Below are positions 59,457-64,000 of a stretch of 64,000 nucleotides of DNA, in pieces. The notes beneath the pieces are model-generated. The model did not search any database. It was given only the letters and a program-made list of their open reading frames with translations, and was not told the DNA's origin. A program made the translations under genes and the position numbers. The DNA comes from Minutocellus sp. GHC0000111 (lineage: Eukaryota), in assembly GCA_977018835.1 (NCBI GenBank), contig OZ361258.1, positions 2,170,001 through 2,234,000 of the forward strand. Direction: 5' to 3'. Every line of letters begins with the position of its first letter. Within the stretch, counting starts at the first letter, position 1.

Positions 59457-59975
59457 TTACAGCGATGCCATCATCTGCTCCACGTTCTCTGGCAGTTCCA
59501 CTCTCAACTGAGCCTCACTCAATAGCAGAAAGCGTGACCCCATCTTTTTCAATTTATGACTGGAATGCTGCATGTTGTTTCGTTTGATGTCGTGGGCCAT
59601 TTTTTCCCAATCATCGCCATACCTCTCCATGAGCTTCACCATGTACTTCTGATCTTCGCACGACACTGGCAGCATGCTCAACGATTTCGTCTTCTTGGGA
59701 ATCACGTCCGAGTCGGGAATGTCGAATAGCTCGACGGCACTGGCGCCGGACGCAGGGACGGGAACATTTCCTCGTTGTGCCACCTCTCCATTCACCTGAG
59801 CCTCCAGACCCAGCGCCGACATGTTCATCTGAACGCTTTTGTTGGGATTCCATGTCTTTTTGACTGCCTGATTGGAAATTTGAGGAGGCTTGTATTTAGA
59901 GAAGTTGCCGTTCTTCAACTTTGTTTTTGTGCCGGCCCGGCGACGGTGATTTCTAAGTGCCTTCTTCTTTCCCAT
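59457..59975 (-). CDS. NOP16: Ribosome biogenesis protein Nop16-like
   Basis: 'KKTWNPNKSVQMNMSALGL' and 'YMVKLMERYGDDWEKMAHDIKRNNMQ'. Confidence 0.88.
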   Translation of the reverse strand: MGKKKALRNHRRRAGTKTKLKNGNFSKYKPPQISNQAVKKTWNPNKSVQMNMSALGLEAQVNGEVAQRGNVPVPASGASAVELFDIPDSDVIPKKTKSLSMLPVSCEDQKYMVKLMERYGDDWEKMAHDIKRNNMQHSSHKLKKMGSRFLLLSEAQLRVELPENVEQMMASL

Positions 59976-60213
59976 CTTATTGCGGTATAATTCCGAGAGG
60001 CAAAGAGCAATAGGAAATTCCTACACGCCGTAATGAATTTTGCTCGCTGGAGAAGTTTTGTAGACGGACAGACGGTAATCAGATGTCGTACGTAGTGTAC
60101 AAGACTACGAGAGCACCTTCAATCGCTCGGCGTCTCTGCTCTACTACGAGTACGTAGTAGGAATCCTATCACTCATCAACTGTTCAACGGCATTGGTCCT
60201 ACTGTCCTAAGCG

Positions 60214-62223
60214 ATGCGGTCACGACCATCGGCGCCGAGTACCCCGCGGTCTGCCCGTTCAAAGTCTTATAAAAGAGGCAGAGGTGCCTTCCCCTTCGAT
60301 AATGAGCACATAGCGATAGCAGCAGCACCGAGCGAGTCGTCATCGTCTGGTGGTGGTCTGCCGGCACATGCGTCTGGTGATGAAGAGCTCATGCTGTCAG
60401 ATGCCACCACCAAAGCAACGCGAAATTGGACACCTCGAAAATCGAATCGAGAATACATTCTGTCTCCACTTCAGAATTTGACCCCGACAAGGCTATCGCA
60501 TGCCCTGGGGAACATCGGCATTGCGACAACGCCATCTTCTCGTTCCAGGGCCGGAGGTCAGGGAAGGTCGTCGTCATTATTGGCCTCGCCTCAGACATCC
60601 TTTTCTCTATCATCGGCCGCAACGCCATATACTCCTGTGACGTGGAGACGCCGTCGTTATTATTTCGTTATTATGGTTATTGCCATAAGTCTTGTGGTGG
60701 TTCTTAGGAAAGATGTGCTGATAGATGATACCTCACCATCAATGGCAATGAAAACGGATGTTAGAGCAACTCCCGGGGGAGATATCAATGTTGACAAGAA
60801 GGCTCTGTTACGGGGCGATCAAAAGTCACGGGATGTATCCAATATAGCCTTTGGGGAACAAGAAAAATTATCTGCGCATGATAGTTCCATTATTCAGAAA
60901 ACAGATACAAACGACGAGGACAGTTCCGATACACAACGAAAGCGACTGGAAGATGGGGCTGAAGCAATATCTAAATCAAATTTGATCGATGAAGAGAACG
61001 GCAGCATCAGAACGTCCACAGAGGAAGCCATTTTCAACAGGATGCTGCTGCTAGCAAGGAAAAATAAGGAATTGTGTGGGGAAAGAAGGCTTGGGCAAGA
61101 GCAGGAGCAGGTGCAGGAGCAGACTCAATTGGAGGACTTTGGTATTATCGGTGGCATCGAATCATATCTCAATGGGACAGCGTCACAGACTGGTGCAATG
61201 CCGAAATGTACCCATTTACCGCCGCCGATGTCGTGCGGCGCTCTCAACTTCACGGTGTTTATTGATGCATCTCTTCATCCCGTTGGCTACGGTGTTGATC
61301 CTCGACATCGTTCGAGTTATCATCGGATAATTTTCATCTTGGCGTTGAGGATGCAGTCCGTGCCATCAGCCTCCGAAATTATAATCCAGCATGGCGGTAG
61401 TGCGAGCGATTTGGAGTGGGATAGACAATACGGGAAAAGACATTTAATGTGGAACGATGATTCTACGGTGGCTGTCAAAATACTTTTCGTCGAGGACCAA
61501 GACCAATCGAAATTCGACCTATCAGAAATTTCGAACGAAGCTGTGTTGTATGTATCAGCGACAATGAATGGAGTGGATCTGAATGGCATCAGTACGGGTG
61601 GATTAGAGCTCGGTTTTGACGTTTGGAAGCAGAACTCAGATACACTGGTTGCTGCTTCTAATGGTGCACTTGTCCGACGGGATAATCCCATGGATATGCA
61701 GGAGCTTGAAGCATCTGCATTCAACGAAGATTGCCCAATTTTAAACAGCGTAGAGCCCAGTACTGGTGGAGCAAGCGAGACGCAGCTACCCTTTTTCTTT
61801 CATCGCAATTACCAATGCCTCCTTGACCACGAGGCCTTCAAAAGTCTTCGTCAGGTCGTGTCTGCACCTACAGGTAATTCTGGTAATTTTATTCGGAATA
61901 TTGTTGGGCGAGTTGGCGCTAGCCCACCGATATTATTTCCTGGGTTACTACACAAAGTGCGATCCACATCAGCGCAAAATAATACATCGGGAGATGAAAG
62001 GGTAATATTATACGGCGAAGCCGCTGGTGCTGTTGATTTGGACGCCCGCCGTTCATTTGAAGATGTTAATTTATTCTTTGGTTCAGCCCTGAACCCAGTC
62101 CATTGGTGTGACGATGCATCACTCTGCCCAAATCAATTTATTGATGCAACGGATACAGCCGAGAGGATTAAGCTCGGGAAGAATAGATGTTCAACTTTGC
62201 TGGAAGAACGTTTTAGGAAGTAA
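60214..62223 (+). CDS. Type II membrane protein, possibly with a degenerate GT64/exostosin-like lumenal domain
   Basis: 'RRRRYYFVIMVIAISLVVVL' signal-anchor; 'P.P..C...NFTV', 'ISNEAVLYV', 'LELGFDVWKQN', 'FFHRNY.C'. Confidence 0.55.
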   Translation: MRSRPSAPSTPRSARSKSYKRGRGAFPFDNEHIAIAAAPSESSSSGGGLPAHASGDEELMLSDATTKATRNWTPRKSNREYILSPLQNLTPTRLSHALGNIGIATTPSSRSRAGGQGRSSSLLASPQTSFSLSSAATPYTPVTWRRRRYYFVIMVIAISLVVVLRKDVLIDDTSPSMAMKTDVRATPGGDINVDKKALLRGDQKSRDVSNIAFGEQEKLSAHDSSIIQKTDTNDEDSSDTQRKRLEDGAEAISKSNLIDEENGSIRTSTEEAIFNRMLLLARKNKELCGERRLGQEQEQVQEQTQLEDFGIIGGIESYLNGTASQTGAMPKCTHLPPPMSCGALNFTVFIDASLHPVGYGVDPRHRSSYHRIIFILALRMQSVPSASEIIIQHGGSASDLEWDRQYGKRHLMWNDDSTVAVKILFVEDQDQSKFDLSEISNEAVLYVSATMNGVDLNGISTGGLELGFDVWKQNSDTLVAASNGALVRRDNPMDMQELEASAFNEDCPILNSVEPSTGGASETQLPFFFHRNYQCLLDHEAFKSLRQVVSAPTGNSGNFIRNIVGRVGASPPILFPGLLHKVRSTSAQNNTSGDERVILYGEAAGAVDLDARRSFEDVNLFFGSALNPVHWCDDASLCPNQFIDATDTAERIKLGKNRCSTLLEERFRK

Positions 62224-62789
62224 CATGTAGGTGCAAGGCAATGTTGCACTCCAAACTATCACATTATCATCGCCCTAAAGTGACTTCAATTTGAATGCGA
62301 CTATTTCGTTTCAATGCCCTTATTGATGGAGGGTTTAGATTTGATGGGGGGTTCAGATTACCAACTCCAGATATCATCATGCCAATGCTCACACAACCAA
62401 TCTAAGCCTCCGGCCGACATCGCCCCATCTCTACGGCGTGCACATATCTTTTGGAATATTTGATCTGCGGTCTGCACAAACTACGTAGTAGTCAGAGCCA
62501 CTCCCGCCTTCAATTAACTGCTGGAATCAGACATCCAATAAGACCAATGCACGAACGTTCTACTGCTCTGCTGCTACCGGTACAACCCCTGCAACATTGA
62601 GGAGGACGGACGACGTGCCATTTGGAAATTCAAAGAGGCGGGCAGTGTACATTCAACATTCAGCAAGTCACTTTCTACTTTAACAGTCATGTGGGGCACC
62701 CCTTTCCCTGTCCGCTTCTGCTCTGCCCGCGCTTCTGCTTTTGAGCCTACGCTGCTTCTGCTTGACTTTTGCTCTTCTGGCAGCAAAAG

Positions 62790-62853
62790 AAGCTTCCGCC
62801 GAACCTTTCGCACAGTTCCGGGTGTTTCAAAGTTCCGCCGAACCTTTCAAAGT
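62790..62853. repeat. Duplicated promoter-proximal motif ttccgccgaacctttc
   Basis: Two copies about 38 bp apart; the first is preceded by gaagcttc. Confidence 0.6.
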
Positions 62854-63036
62854 TCTTTTTGCTCGGTGCCACGCAAGTTGTGCGCGTTCTTCGCGATCTC
62901 ATTTTTCAAGCAACCTCCACGCGTCGTATCTTTTTCCTCAACGAAGATGTCACCAACAAATTCAAGTCAGTATCACCGCGAGCACCGTCATCGGCATTCT
63001 TCGACGTACCGGTATTATTCCTTCGCCGTAACCGCC

Positions 63037-64000
63037 ATGTTCGCCTCTGCCGCCACCCGTTCCGCCGCCGCCTACTCCATCGGCAAGTCGGCCTTCGTCC
63101 CGTCCGCCGGCGCGAGCCGCGTCGCCGCCGCCGCCTCCCGATCGGCTTCCACCACCTCCGGCGCCTTCTCCCGCACGCCGACCATGTATGCCGATCCTGG
63201 TCAGGCCGAGGTCATTCTCGTCGGCTGCGGTGCTCCCAACCGCGGTATGGGCTGGTACCACGCCGTCCAGATGCTCGACAAGAAGTAAGTTGTGAAAAAC
63301 GGCATATGATTTCAATTGCTTATCCTCTGCCTCGGGGATCTTTTTTGCTTCGGGAAGTTTGGAATCGGAGGAAGAAGAAACAGATTTATTGACCAAAACA
63401 CATCAAATGCTTGCGTTGATTGTGTGATCATCCGCCACAAGAACACCCTAAAAGTCTGCACAGCTGATTAGATAAGGTGTATGCATTAGATTCGGCTGAG
63501 CCAACAGCCACTCCTTCGAGATTCGCATCGAGCGTATCTTTCTTTTCTTATCGGCAGTTGATCGGCGGCGTAAGTGTTGGGAGTTTCTGTTCCTTCTATT
63601 GGATGAAGCGGATCTCCCTTGGCAATTCCTTATTCATTATTGCTTCCGATGGCAGTTGAGAATTATCGAACACCGATAAATGCAGCAGTATGGTGTCTTC
63701 GGCCACTTCTTGTCTTTGGGTTCTCATTCTCCAACACATGATGTGGTTACCTTCTTTTTCACAATTTAATTGCAATTGCCCTCTGCAAATGAATCATTCG
63801 GCTCTTTTCCTTTGGATTGACGTACCAATGCACGCAGGTGCCCCCACGCTTCGCTCGATTTCATCGTCGAGCCCTGGTTCATGGGCCCCGGTGGAGAGGG
63901 ACCAGGTGGACCGGAATTCAAGGAATGGCAGGCCGAGTCGGAGGCCAAGTACGGTGTCAAGTTCGCCACCAGCCTCGACGATCTCCCCCCTCCCACTGCT
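63037..64000 (+). CDS. Gfo/Idh/MocA-family oxidoreductase with an organellar presequence, running off the window; intron 63285-63837 (alternative start at 62947)
   Basis: Rossmann-like 'EVILVGCGAPNRGMGWYH'; the intron joins 'LDKK' to 'CPHASLDFIVEPW'. Confidence 0.75.

Noticed and set aside
1..64000. tRNA or rRNA genes
   Set aside because: No cloverleaf or rRNA-like sequence recognised by eye; tRNAscan-SE or Infernal would be needed to exclude them.

Overview
Eukaryotic, gene-dense DNA with short GT-AG introns. It is almost certainly from a diatom or close ochrophyte: several genes carry bipartite signal-peptide + 'AF' plastid-targeting presequences (ASAF, AAF, DAF). Recognisable genes are a DUF1769/PH-like/DUF547 protein, an RWD + F-box-like protein, a TAT-exported thylakoid lumen protein, a UCH deubiquitinase, an AFG1/ZapE ATPase, an SOS1-like Na+/H+ antiporter, plastid ATP sulfurylase, a CRAL-TRIO-like protein, a rhodanese, an amino-acid transporter, NOP16 and a Gfo/Idh/MocA oxidoreductase. 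The stand-out gene (21899-24452, two exons) fuses an N-terminal globin to a CNG/KCNH-type channel whose cyclic-nucleotide-binding domain is degenerate, making it a candidate gas- or redox-gated ion channel. Mobile DNA includes a TIR-bounded Tc1/mariner element ending inside a DEAD-box helicase Walker A motif, a Phantom/Kolobok-type transposase remnant paired with a gene ending in a P2X7-ballast/KolX-like domain, and an internally deleted RAG1/Transib/Chapaev-like ORF. There is also a large TM + HNH-like + Tudor-like gene and a 1271-bp tandem duplication. Many genes are truncated or carry 1-bp homopolymer frameshifts, so sequencing error and haplotype decay both need excluding. All domain calls come from motif recognition by eye, not from database searches.
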